Of a stretch of DNA of 64,000 nucleotides, positions 9,501-19,707 are shown piece by piece (position 1 is the first letter of the stretch; every line of letters starts with the position of its first letter). The translations under genes and the position numbers were made by a program. The notes below the pieces were generated by a model, which saw only the letters and a program-made list of their open reading frames with translations, had not been told where the DNA came from and did not search any database. This DNA comes from Macrostomum hystrix (lineage: Eukaryota; Animalia; Platyhelminthes): contig CATNEN010000031.1 in assembly GCA_950097015.1 (NCBI GenBank), positions 2,604,001-2,668,000 on the forward strand, given 5' to 3'.

Positions 9501-11362
9501 TGTATTCCTAATAAAACTAAATTCATTAGGCGCTGAAATGTGCCTGGAGCATTAGATAAGCCCTGTGCCATTACCTCATACTCAAATTGGCCTCTAGTTA
9601 AAGTAGAAAACGCTGTCATAAACTTGTGCTCCTCCTTGATGGGCACTTGCCAATATCCGGAATTTAAGTCTAGACTGCTAAAATATTGGCTACCTGATAA
9701 ATAAGAAAAAGTCTGATGAATATTAGGCAACGGATACGGCACATAATTAACTCGCGAATTTAATACTCTGAAGTCGCTAACTATTCTAATTGTTCCATCC
9801 TTTTTCGGCACAATAACAAGTGGAGTAGAGTAAGTTGAATAACATGGGCGAATTAAATTTTTAGCTAACATATCGTCTAACTGCGCATCAACCTGCTTCT
9901 GAAGATGGGGTGGAATCCTTCTCGTGGGGATTCTAACAGGTGTTTCATCTTTCAGCGAGATTTCATGCGTGATCAGGTGAGTTAGACCCATGTCTAGTTC
10001 ATTCTGGGAGAATGCTTCGCGGTGTTCCTTCATCAAATCGATAACCGCTTTTCTCTGCTCTGTGGAGAGACCGGGTCCAATGCTGACCTCCTCAATCCAC
10101 GCATTCTCAACAGTTTGGGTCTGATTCACTTTAACAGCGGGTTCTGACTCTGTCTGCTCTTCAAAGTAATTCAGTTCTTTAGCCTTCATAGGTTTGGCTA
10201 AACCAATTAGGGCTGATTTCGGCAATTTGACATCGACAAGGTGTCGGTTTACAATTTCGACAATAGCGGAGCCTTCTCGCATAGTAACGAGGGTGGGGAT
10301 CATTTCTAATGTCCACTCTTTGGCTCTTACGCCTTCTCCGATAGCTTCAATGGTCATAGGTGTTCCATAGTTACACTCAGAATCCTTAGCCAAACGCACA
10401 GGAATCCTCAGTGCACTATTAGCTGGGATTACGACCTTCTCTTGGGTATAAACACGGCACACTTTAACTGGTAGGTGAGTGAATTGCATTGGAATGCATG
10501 ATCCTTCATGGAATACTAACATGCCCTTAGAAATGTTAATACTCTCACAATATCCAAGGAAGAACTCCATTCCAAGTATGTTGTCACACTCATGACTACA
10601 TAACAAGAAATCAATCTCAACCTGGATCTCGCCAAAGCGAACAAAAATGCAACTCTCTCCTTCCAATTGCACTCTAGTACCATCAAAGGTGGAAACTCTC
10701 TTATCCGTGTTCTTAATCCGATCAGGTTTAATCAACTTTGTCCAGACGGACTTACTCAGGAAGCTATTTCTGGCTCCCGTGTCCAGAATAAAGTTTACTT
10801 CAGTCTTCTTAATAGTTCCTACCACTACTGCTTCATAGCCTTCACGAACTAAATCTAATTTAGTATTAGAACAAGGTTTAAATGAGTTCTCACGTGTCCT
10901 TTGAGTCTTCTTGTTGCACTTTCCGACGAGAGTCCTTGGAACTGGCTCCGGCTCCTCGGGTGCTAGTTCTTCTTCCACTGACTCATCGAGTGTTGACACG
11001 ACTGCTGCTGACACAGACGAAACAGACGCTGACACAATGGGTGCTGATACGCGAGGTGCTGACGCAATGGGTGCTGATACACGAGGTGCTGACGCAATGG
11101 GTGCTGATACGCGAGGTGCTGACGCAATGGGTACTGATACACGAGGTGCTGACGCATAAAGTGCATGACGCTTCCCAGTCTGATAAAAGCATTGGGACTT
11201 CACAGGATAACAATTTGACTGGGAGGCCGGAAGTTCGAATCTGAGATTTCTGGAGGGGCGTGGCCTCGACTGGCGTCCCTCGACATTCAGTTTCCCCGAT
11301 TCTGATACTGATTCTGGGGCTGAAACTGTTTCTGAGGCGGATACTGCCTTGAGCTGTGGCAA
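6566..11362 (-). CDS. pol: Gypsy Pol (protease-RT-RNase H-integrase), expressed by -1 frameshift from gag
   Basis: Protease ILDTGA; RT YIDD; RNase H DTDAS..ELLA..TDH; integrase HHCC (LHES..GH..CIPC) and DDE (HIDLIGP, HTDNG, GLVERFN). Domain order is Ty3/Gypsy. Confidence 0.96.
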   Translation of the reverse strand: MPQLKAVSASETVSAPESVSESGKLNVEGRQSRPRPSRNLRFELPASQSNCYPVKSQCFYQTGKRHALYASAPRVSVPIASAPRVSAPIASAPRVSAPIASAPRVSAPIVSASVSSVSAAVVSTLDESVEEELAPEEPEPVPRTLVGKCNKKTQRTRENSFKPCSNTKLDLVREGYEAVVVGTIKKTEVNFILDTGARNSFLSKSVWTKLIKPDRIKNTDKRVSTFDGTRVQLEGESCIFVRFGEIQVEIDFLLCSHECDNILGMEFFLGYCESINISKGMLVFHEGSCIPMQFTHLPVKVCRVYTQEKVVIPANSALRIPVRLAKDSECNYGTPMTIEAIGEGVRAKEWTLEMIPTLVTMREGSAIVEIVNRHLVDVKLPKSALIGLAKPMKAKELNYFEEQTESEPAVKVNQTQTVENAWIEEVSIGPGLSTEQRKAVIDLMKEHREAFSQNELDMGLTHLITHEISLKDETPVRIPTRRIPPHLQKQVDAQLDDMLAKNLIRPCYSTYSTPLVIVPKKDGTIRIVSDFRVLNSRVNYVPYPLPNIHQTFSYLSGSQYFSSLDLNSGYWQVPIKEEHKFMTAFSTLTRGQFEYEVMAQGLSNAPGTFQRLMNLVLLGIQHQFAMSYIDDIVTYSKTFADHLAHLKEVFQRLITAGLKLRPKKCNLFHQELKYLGHVISTEGIRTDDAKIEAIRTWPKPKDVKELRSFLGLCNYYSRFVKNYAEVAHPLFQLTRKNVQNFQGKWSVMHDEAFEALKTRMMSTDVLAYPEFVDDENVRMVLDTDASDNRIGACLGQIQSDGVERPIAYFSRAMKESEKRYPITRKELLALVDAMKHFRFYLLGKRFLARTDHKAIIWLLRQTEAQGILGRWIERLNEFQFDVEHRKGSSHQNADSLSRRPAEELERSREPAEVKDRVCVKSDQQAMTKDSAESLTQSPTVPIEGEIPTLDPNRWIESQISGNEKEKSQGVHSDSCILQLNPSAEEFYPNPQIDTPEPVESKCEKLLTDYLPTPLKREQIIEAQRADSAIHTLMEWKCEGLTKPPVLSNVSPELKQLSKAFEAMSIEKELLMIKEDGEWKVVLPKSMDTLAFSDLHESPLAGHLGRDKTIQKVRKRFWRPGLVTAIEELIAKCIPCLESKKGHYVQAPIQSFPVNEPFYRLHIDLIGPISKESRRGHRYVLTVVDSTTKYPFAFPVRNQKSDTVIKLLQERVFSEYGQCHWIHTDNGKTFTSKQFKAFCDLYNVKHTCTTPYHAQSNGLVERFNKQIKSIITCLVEKDHADWDLMIPAALVAVRTSVNKTTGYSPHFLMFGREAVLPIDNQIKESKSFADYPSYVANHAERLRIAGELVKRKLENVASKREELAQKNKLPKEVPIGCLALINNPQLDSEESHKFHRKKRSAYRVIEQFSDVVFKVQKEEDGKPVGNILLVHRDNLTLVPNSTKEEVIKGSQPSKLEKSQPKKTERKVKGSQRERKEIEEVIHSESESEDERIAWQCQDRNEGSEMRGSLLDLGAEIEIDDITSQSDNTNNEEEEGANESESDSHESINTSEEDLDSASENEVRAPHPYNTRKRVNPPIRFNDYLKRLTTVISWFGNMQF

Positions 11363-12210
11363 TTTTTTGCAATGTGGCCTATCTTTCGGCAGTTATAGCA
11401 AGTCGGTGGAGGTTTTGACTGCTGATACGGCTGCTGAAACCTCACCTGCTGCTTCATGAGCGGCTGGGGTTGTGTCTCCCGGCTTTCTGCCTTCCTTTTC
11501 TCTTGGGTAAGAGTTTCAATCACTTTCCTTTGCTTGTTAATCTCCATCTTCTGCTTTTCGAACAGCTCTTCCAAATTAGTTGGATGATCATCACTCAGTT
11601 CGTCCTTCATCGCTCTCACTCCATTCTTATGCGACATATGCCAAGCTGCTTCAATTCTCCTTAGCATACGCCTTGCCTCTTGCAAATTAGCTGGTTGAGC
11701 GAAGATTAGCTTTTCTCTGGTGTCGGAGGGAATCCTCGCACCTCTAATAAATTGCTCGACAACCTCTTCTTCTCGTTGATCGGCATTCATGTTGGGAAAT
11801 GCTCGAGCTGCTAATTCGATTAGTGCATCGGCGAATGAATCAGTCTGTTCATTTCGACCTTGCATACGGCCACGGAATTCTTCTCTAAATTCAGATGAAC
11901 TCCCTAATCGGCCAAATCTTTCAACTAATCTCTCCTTAAATTCATCATAAGTTAATTCCTCTGGTAGATTTAAGCGTTGAACTGCTGCAAACGCAGTGGC
12001 TAGATCTAGATTTGCTAAAAGTTCGCTCTTCCGATGCTCTTCTTGCTCAATGCCTTCAGAGTCACACCTCTGGTCAAATGCGGTTAACCAGATTCTGATA
12101 TCTTGACTTGGGGTGTACTTCTGAATTTTAACATGCCTCATTGGGCCTAATTCCAAACGGTTTCTCAGCTCTTCAGCCAACAGTCCAATTGCATCATTAA
12201 TTCCTGCCAT
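11287..12210 (-). CDS. gag: Gypsy Gag with a single CCHC zinc knuckle
   Basis: Capsid-like region (WLTAFDQRC..RGRMQGRNEQTDSFADALIELA) and CYNCRKIGHIAKNC. ATG at 12210. Confidence 0.92.
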   Translation of the reverse strand: MAGINDAIGLLAEELRNRLELGPMRHVKIQKYTPSQDIRIWLTAFDQRCDSEGIEQEEHRKSELLANLDLATAFAAVQRLNLPEELTYDEFKERLVERFGRLGSSSEFREEFRGRMQGRNEQTDSFADALIELAARAFPNMNADQREEEVVEQFIRGARIPSDTREKLIFAQPANLQEARRMLRRIEAAWHMSHKNGVRAMKDELSDDHPTNLEELFEKQKMEINKQRKVIETLTQEKRKAESRETQPQPLMKQQVRFQQPYQQSKPPPTCYNCRKIGHIAKNCHSSRQYPPQKQFQPQNQYQNRGN

Positions 12211-12253
12211 CACGGTTTCTTAATTGTGCGTTTTAACTGAATTTCCGATCCTT

Positions 12254-12267
12254 CACCGCTGCTACCA
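12254..12267 (-). other. Primer binding site
   Basis: TGGTAGCAGCGGTG 3 nt inside the 5' LTR. It resembles the complement of a tRNA-Leu 3' end (..CACCGCUGCCACCA); the tRNA assignment is from memory. Confidence 0.7.
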
Positions 12268-12270
12268 AGT

Positions 12271-13007
12271 TGTTGGAGGGCTGTTTCACTAATATTTTAC
12301 AACTGTTACCAAGTTGTCGTAGGTCTCTTTTATTATTATTTTAAATCCTACTGACAACACTAATTATTACAACCAGTATAACACATATAATTCGTATATT
12401 AGAGTATTTGTTAACTCTATGGTAGCATGTAAGTGTCCGAGCGGTAAGACACCTTCTATCTTATTAATATGAATAACTCATATATGAATAACTTATTTCG
12501 CACTGGTTATATTAGTAACACAGTCTTATTAAATTTCCAGTCCCAACACAGGGCTTCCAATGGATCGGAGGGTATCAGTTACCCACGCACTTACTTATGG
12601 AAAATCACTATTTCTTCCTCACCCTTTACAGGCTTATTTATCAAATGCACTCCCTTTACAGGTAATTCCTTTATCACACCCTTTACAGGTTATTTCACAC
12701 TTAATTCGGATCCAACCCTTCTTTTGTTTCACTATTCAATACGAATTGCTCGTCTAAATTTATAGCTTTTCAGCTTCATAAAGAATTAAACAAGTTTTGG
12801 AAAACTTTGCCTCTTTTTCAGAACTTTGAGAACGACGTCTGCAAGTTAGTTTTCTCCTCCCAAAACTGCGCGTATATATACTAGATTGGAGGGGTGGTTC
12901 CCCGGTGCATTATAACAAGTTGGTGCATTTAAACAAAATATTAAATTTCTTTACTCGTTCGCGTAAATTCAAAAAGAAAAATACGGTAGGAATATTCAAC
13001 TATTACA
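12271..13007 (-). repeat. 5' LTR (737 bp)
   Basis: Copy of 4241-4977, offset by 8030 bp. Confidence 0.97.
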
Positions 13008-15104
13008 GTTGGGCATGCTGTACTAAGATAAACATATTTGTACTTGCACCAGATCAAAAGCATTAGTTGATTATGTGCTGAAAAAAAGACTTGTTCCTAT
13101 CTCCGCAGTGTATTTTTTTCTGGAAATTGCCCTTCAAAAAATTTACACGATCTCTGAGTTTCCATCCTATTACACTACAGTGGTCCTTGAATTATATACT
13201 ATAGACTTGTGGTTATCTCCTAGATACTAGATTACTAGGTTAGTGGTAAGGTCTGGCCTGGGCCTCACTGCAGCTAACAAATGGAAGGGGCAGAAAAAGG
13301 AATGGGGTTTGAGGCTCTGGTTGGTGCTAAGACAGAACGTGGTACCAATAGTGTGACAGTTCTAGTCCAAGGAGAGAGGGTATGGCATTTATTAGTCATA
13401 GTACACTGACAATGAGCACTGAAAATTATACAAGGGCCAAGGCCAAGAAGCTAAGATGTCAAATCTCACATTTGGGTAGCCTAGGCCTATAATATAATAT
13501 CTATATAACTTGTTCATTTGTTCTTACATAATATATTAATATAACATACATAACAATACATAACATAATATATATATATTTGTGAAGCAATTATTGAGAT
13601 GCACAAATCTTATTTTGTAGGGGGCCTACTAATGGTAATTGGTATGCGTATAATTCCATGTAGAACTTACTACACGGAAATTGTACCAACAAGTTATATA
13701 TGTCACCACGTGGATCAACATTCATAAGTAATAGAGTTCCATGTAATTTCAATTCGTACAAATTTGTACAAATTGTTACTTTTCTGAGCAGCAAACTTCT
13801 TAGTTGCGATAAAAATAAGAATATTTTCTGATTACTAGTACAAACTGACTAGTAGGCCAATAGCACTTCGTGTTTTGCCAAGATGCATTATCAAAGTCTT
13901 ATTTCCAAGAATTCGCTTCACAAACCGGCCCGACTTAAACGTATATTGTACGTTTGCCTAATCATTGTTACCATATTACCATATGATACGTTTGCGTACG
14001 TTTATATGACGTCATGTAGTCGGGTATGCTCTACTTATTTTCTAGAAAATGTATATATAAGCTGAATCTTTTATTTCTTTTAATGTTTATAACTGCTCGT
14101 TGTTTAAACTTTACATTTGGAAACAAATGCGACGATTTGCCAACCTAGCAAACTATTAAACTGGTTAGATTTTTTTATTGTTGCCAGTCACTTTACCAAT
14201 TAAACTTACCAGTCCCACAGTCAGGTGAGTCAGAAGGTTTGAGTGCAAAATGTTGGCAATGTGCTAGTTATAGGCCTTAATATTTACTAATAAATCCTGA
14301 AATTTAAGTAGGGGCCTACTTCTAGTAGGCTCACTGCTCCAGAAACTACTTGTGCAGGGTTTATGTCAAAGCAACCTAGGATAGACCTACTAAGCTTATA
14401 ACAGTATTATTGCAATAACAAGTTTTTATATTATTTCACAAGTTAGCTATTTTCTTTTGCCTCTGTCCACACTCAGCCCTAAGGTCAGGATCATTACATG
14501 TACAATAATTTTTTTGTGCATATCTAGGACAGCTTTGTAGGCTTGGCCTATTAAAATAAAGAAAAGAGGTGAGTGGCAGGGCATGCATGCCTCTCAAAAT
14601 GCATTGGCTCTATATGCATTTGCCTCTCAAACCAAGGTTTCTAAGTTCAATTCCATGAAGGCTACTTTAGTTTGGGTAGGTTGTCAGGTATTTTAGTGCT
14701 TGTGTTTTTCGGTACCATTTTGGTTCCCATATAAGACATTATAATACTTGATGCAAGGCCTTCCAAGGCTCTGTGTAAATAAATATATATAAACAAAAAG
14801 AAAATGAAGATCAATTATTTTTCATGAATCAAGCTTTTTATATCAAGCAACATGTTTTGCAAGTTATGTTAAAAGAACAGCATTGGATCCGCATTCAATA
14901 AAAGGTGATCAACATTTTAATGTAAAAAATGTGAATATACAAGTTTGTATCTTGCTGAGTGCATTTTTGTGAAAATCTGTGAGAAATGTTCTACCTTTCA
15001 TGTAGATATACATGCATGTAAATGCACATAACAACTATTCAAAGCATGCTGGTGTATTAGTAGTACAATTGGAATTACAACAGTTGCAAGCTAATGGTAT
15101 TTAC

Positions 15105-15270
15105 AACTAAAAAACAGTTTGATGCATTGAAAAAACAACAGGACACACTGCTAATAATGTGTTATAATGTTATACAATGTCTTATAAATCATGTATTTGT
15201 GAGAACCAGAATGCATTAATAATGTACAGAAAAGCAAGACTAGGCACCAAAATGCCCAGCAACCTTTGGG
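15105..15270. repeat. Old dispersed repeat; related copies at ~34055-34200 (+) and ~32803-33410 (-)
   Basis: Shared GGTTTGATGCATTGAAAAAA...CACTGCTAATAATG and AGGCACCAAAATGCCCAGCAACC (reverse complement at 32803-32825). Confidence 0.6.
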
Positions 15271-15755
15271 GACACCTACATGGCTCAGGTTAGGGGCTTG
15301 TCATGCACATTATGCCCTTTAGACCCAACTTAGGCACAGTGAATGTGTACACCACCTGACAATCCAAAAGTCAGGGCAGATCTACCATACCCACCTATGT
15401 AAGCATAGGCCTGAGTAAAGTGTACTTAGAACTATCCATTTATCTAAACTATAGTCAGAAAAAAGAATGAAAGACCAATGATCATGAGAAAGGACCTTCT
15501 AATTCCTGCCAAGCATTACATAAATCTCTAGTAGGTTTCTGTCATTTTGATATAACTATGTGAGCCTTGGCCAACTTTATTTAGCTATCCTAAGTCTTAT
15601 TACTCAATCTGGCTAGTTTCTTGTCCTTGGATCTAAAGCTTGTATTTAGATTTATAAGGTTTATTGCTTTACTTAAATTCTAAAATAGTTATAAAATGTT
15701 AAGGGTAATGTTGGAAAACTCACAAGCTTCACAATCCCATCCATTTTGCAGCATC

Positions 15756-16963
15756 ATGGAATTTCCTGAACTTGGCCAGCACTGCGCCGACCAGTCCTGC
15801 AAGCAGCTGGACTTTCTACCACTGCGCTGCGACCTCTGCCAGAACATCTATTGCAAGCTGCATTTCGCCTACGCCAGCCATTCTTGCCCACAGGCCTACA
15901 AGAAGCAGAATCAGGTGCCGGCCTGTCCACTGTGCTCCAGGCCAATCCCGGTGGCTCCTGGCGAGGATGCCAACGCTGTGGTTGGCCGGCACATGGACAC
16001 AGACTGCGGCTCGGAGCCTGCCCAGCGGCATCGTAAACGGGCCGGCCGCTGTTCAGCTACTGGCTGCAAGACTCGCGAACTGGTGCCCGTCACCTGTCCC
16101 ACCTGTAGGCAGAATTTCTGTGTGAAACACAGACTAGAGCAGGATCACAAGTGCGCTGGTTTTCAGGTGAGCAATTGGCTAATATTTTTCTGTCCTTTTT
16201 AATGGTCTAAGTGCACGGACTAGTGTAGTGGAGTGGCCACGAAAAGGAGATGGAGTTACTCGTATTTGGGGCGCAGCCGCGGAGAGAAGGCTTGTCGTGC
16301 AATTTACGCCCTTGGAGGCACAGTGAGAGTGTGCACTGCCTGACGATGATGCACACACCCCTGTGTGAGTGTGGGCCTGTGTGCGTGTGTACTCAGGAGT
16401 CCGCGAAATGGGCAGAATTGCCTCCTCGCTGGCTGCGGGTCTAGTGTCACCTAGTGATGTGCCATTGTCCGCAGCCCTCCTGCAATTATTATAATAATTT
16501 TATCTCCTAATGAGATGAGGTAATCTCTCCCTTATCTTCTGCGCCACCCACTATTATTGTCCCGTAGCTTAGGAGTTGACCTTTTCTTACCAAATTTCAC
16601 TTTCAGAATTCCGGTCGCGCAGTTACTAATGCCGCAGCTGCTGCTGTTGCTAGGCAAAAACAACAGCAGCAGCAGAGGCGCCAGTCGCCGCTGCCCAACC
16701 TTCGCGATGCTCAGGTCGGTCTGTCAGACCACGAGGCGCTGCAGATGGCGCTCCGGATGTCCGCTGCCGAGGCCGCCGCCAGTGGAGCTTCCACCGCCAC
16801 CGCAGCCGCGTCTGCCGATGCTGAACAGCGTCGGCGCCAGGAAGAGCTGGACAGGCAGCTGGCCGAGTCGCTGCAGGCTAGCGAGAGGCAACAGCGGCAG
16901 CAGCAGCAGCAGCAGCGGGGTCAGCAGTCAGGCAGCGATGCCAGCAGCTGCGCAATGTCCTGA
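15756..16963 (+). CDS. ZFAND2B: AN1-type zinc finger protein 2B / AIRAPL (exons 15756-16166 and 16607-16963; ~255 aa)
   Basis: Starts MEFPELGQHC, with two AN1 fingers and a C2H2-like CPLC..H..C. Exon 2 carries two UIM-like helices (SDHEALQMALRMS, QEELDRQLAESLQAS) and a terminal CaaX (CAMS*). GT/AG sites are in phase 0. Confidence 0.92.
16235..16499 (+). other. Dispersed structured element, copy 1 (SINE-like or ncRNA-like), in the ZFAND2B intron
   Basis: Block-wise similarity to 28860-29127; shared 5' GGCCACG and AT-rich 3' tail. Confidence 0.75.
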
Positions 16964-17344
16964 CTCTATAATAGTTAGAAATTACTTGATTTTTTCCTTT
17001 AATCTTTGATCAAAATCTTGTAACACAGGAGCATATATTTGTCGCTTTTAACTACCTGTTTTATGTTTGTAGTAATCGTAGAAATAATGCATATAGGTTC
17101 GACCTGCGTCTATCTTACTCTTGTTTTTCTGTCAGTCTTTAACTTCTTTTAATAACTGATTCTAAATTTAAATATGTGCCAGTCAATCTTTTTCTCGGCT
17201 TTGCAATTTTTTGGTCAATCGTCAGTTTTCAAATTATTATCTCGTGAATTGGTTTTCAGAATTTATTAAGTGTCGAAAGTTTATTCAGGATTTCATAAAA
17301 TAATGAATTAGTTACCGTGTTGTCTGGAGTGGGGGAGGCCCGCT

Positions 17345-17450
17345 AGACTCACCCATAATTTCTGCCTAATGCTAATGCTGTCACCCATTTTACAGCTGGG
17401 TGAACTGAAGCACTTGGGAATGAAGTGTCTTACTCAAAGGGCACAGCTTT
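17345..17450 (-). mobile_element. SINE body fragment
   Basis: Minus strand GCTGTGCCCTTTGAGTAAGACACTTCATTCCCAAGTGCTTCAGTTCACCCAGCTGTAAAATGGGTG, similar to 35810-35870. Confidence 0.5.
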
Positions 17451-17649
17451 AATAACGTAACATTGCTCTATTTGTTACTTTTTATGTGGTAAATAAACTG
17501 TGATATACACGGGATAATATTAATGATTCGATTTTTAGCTTCATTCTTGCTGTCTCAATTGGCTTTTTATTTAAGTGTGTAAAAGTTTCAGTTCAGGTGT
17601 TTCACGTACTGAGCCCCTGAGTTACTAATTAGGAATCCCTTTCAGTTCC

Positions 17650-19590
17650 GTTTGACTATTCATTCTGACATTTCTGATCCCTCTGACTATTCATTCTGAC
17701 ATTTCTGATCCCTCTGACTATTCCTTCTGACATTTCTGATCCCTCTGACTAGTCATTCTGACATTTCTGATCCCTCTGACTATTCTGACATTTCTGATCC
17801 CTATGACTATTCCTTATGACATTTCTGATCCCTCTGACTATTCATTCTGACATTTCTGATCCCTCTGACTATTCCTTATGACATTTCTGATCCCTCTGAC
17901 TATTCCTTATGACATTTCTAATCCCTCTGACTATTCCTTATGACATTTCTGATCCCTCTGACTATTCTATGACATTTCTGATCCCTCTGACTATTCTATG
18001 ACATTTCTGATCCCTCTGACTATTCTATGACATTTCTGATCCCTCTGACTATTCCTTATGACATTTCTGATCCCTCTGACTAGTCATTCTGACATTTCTG
18101 ATCCCTCTGACTATTCCTTATGACATTTCTGATCCCTCTGACTATTCATTCTGACATTTCTGATCCCTCTGACTATTCCTTATGACATTTCTGATCCCTC
18201 TGACTATTCCTTATGACATTTCTAATCCCTCTGACTATTCCTTATGACATTTCTGATCCCTCTGACTATTCTATGACATTTCTGATCCCTCTGACTATTC
18301 TATGACATTTCTGATCCCTCTGACTATTCTATGACATTTCTGATCCCTCTGACTATTCCTTATGACATTTCTGATCCCTCTGACTAGTCATTCTGACATT
18401 TCTGATCCCTCTGACTATTCTGACATTTCTGATCCCTCTGACTATTCCTTATGACATTTCTGATCCCTCTGACTATTCATTCTGACATTTCTGATCCCTC
18501 TGACTATTCATTCTGACATTTCTGATCCCTCTGACTATTCCTTATGACATTTCTGATCCCTCTGACTATTCCTTATGACATTTCTAATCCCTCTGACTAT
18601 TCCTTATGACATTTCTGATCCCTCTGACTATTCTATGACATTTCTGATCCCTCTGACTATTCTATGACATTTCTGATCCGTCTGACTATTCCTTATGACA
18701 TTTCTGATCCTTCTGACTATTCCTTATGACATTTCTAATCCCTCTGACTATTCCTTATCACATTTCTGATCCCTCTGACTATTCTATGACATTTCTGATC
18801 CCTCTGACTATTCCTTATGACATTTCTGATCCCTCTGACTATTCCTTATGACATTTCTAATCCCTCTGACTATTCCTTATCACATTTCTGATCCCTCTGA
18901 CTATTCTATGACATTTCTGATCCCTCTGACTATTCCTTATGACATTTCTGATCCTTCTGACTATTCCTTATGACATTTCTGATCCCTCTGACTATTCCTT
19001 ATGACATTTCTGATCCCTCTGACTATTCTATGACATTTCTAATCCCTCTGACTATTCTATGGCATTTCTAATCCCTCTGACTGTTCCTTATGACATTTCT
19101 AATCCCTCTGACTGTTCCTTATGCCATTTCTGATCCCTCTGAATATTCTATGACATTTCTAAACTCTCTGACTATTTTATGACATTTCTAATCCCTCTGA
19201 CTATTTTATGACATTTCTAATCCCTCTGACTATTTTATGACATTTCTAATCTCTCTGACTATTTTATGACATTTCTAATCTCTCTGACTATTTTATGACA
19301 TTTCTAATCCCTCTGACTATTCCTTATGACATTTCTGATCCCTCTGACTATTCCTTATGACATTTCTAAACTCAATGACTGTTCCTTATGACATTTCTAA
19401 TCCCTTTGACTATTCTATGACATTTCTAATCCCTCTGACTCTTCCTTATGACATTTCTAATCCCTCTGACTGTTCCTTATGACATTTCTAAACTCTATGA
19501 CTGTTCCTTATGACATTTCTAAACTATATGACTGTTCCTTATGTCATTCTAATCCCTATGCCTTTTCCCTCTGCCATTCTGATCCTATGA
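17650..19590. repeat. ~29-33-bp minisatellite (GACATTTCTGATCCCTCTGACTATTCCTTAT)n
   Basis: Direct reading; ~1.9 kb, degenerating at the 3' end. Confidence 0.95.
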
Positions 19591-19707
19591 CCTCTAATAA
19601 GGGCTCAAGAAGAATAACTTAGCACAATCCCCTATTTACAGTGTTAATAACATTCAAGGTTTTATATAAAATAGCAAATTATTGTGATCTTCAGAAAGCT
19701 CAGCTTC

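Larger units (their letters stand above)
4241..13007 (-). mobile_element. Full-length Ty3/Gypsy LTR retrotransposon (8767 bp) with gag, pol and an extra ORF3
   Basis: LTRs at 4241-4977 and 12271-13007 (TG...CA), 4-bp TSD GTTG (4237-4240 and 13008-13011), PBS, PPT, and uninterrupted gag and pol. Confidence 0.97.

Noticed and set aside
14035-14050. Heat-shock element (TTCTAGAA) and CRE (TGACGTCA, ~14008) as the ZFAND2B promoter
   Set aside because: Single short motifs ~1.7 kb upstream in AT-rich DNA are expected by chance; the TSS is unknown.
16345-16470. Canonical hammerhead or HDV ribozyme call for the structured element
   Set aside because: Core motifs are present, but stems I and II (hammerhead) and P1/P2/J4/2 order (HDV) could not be completed by eye; kept only as a hypothesis.
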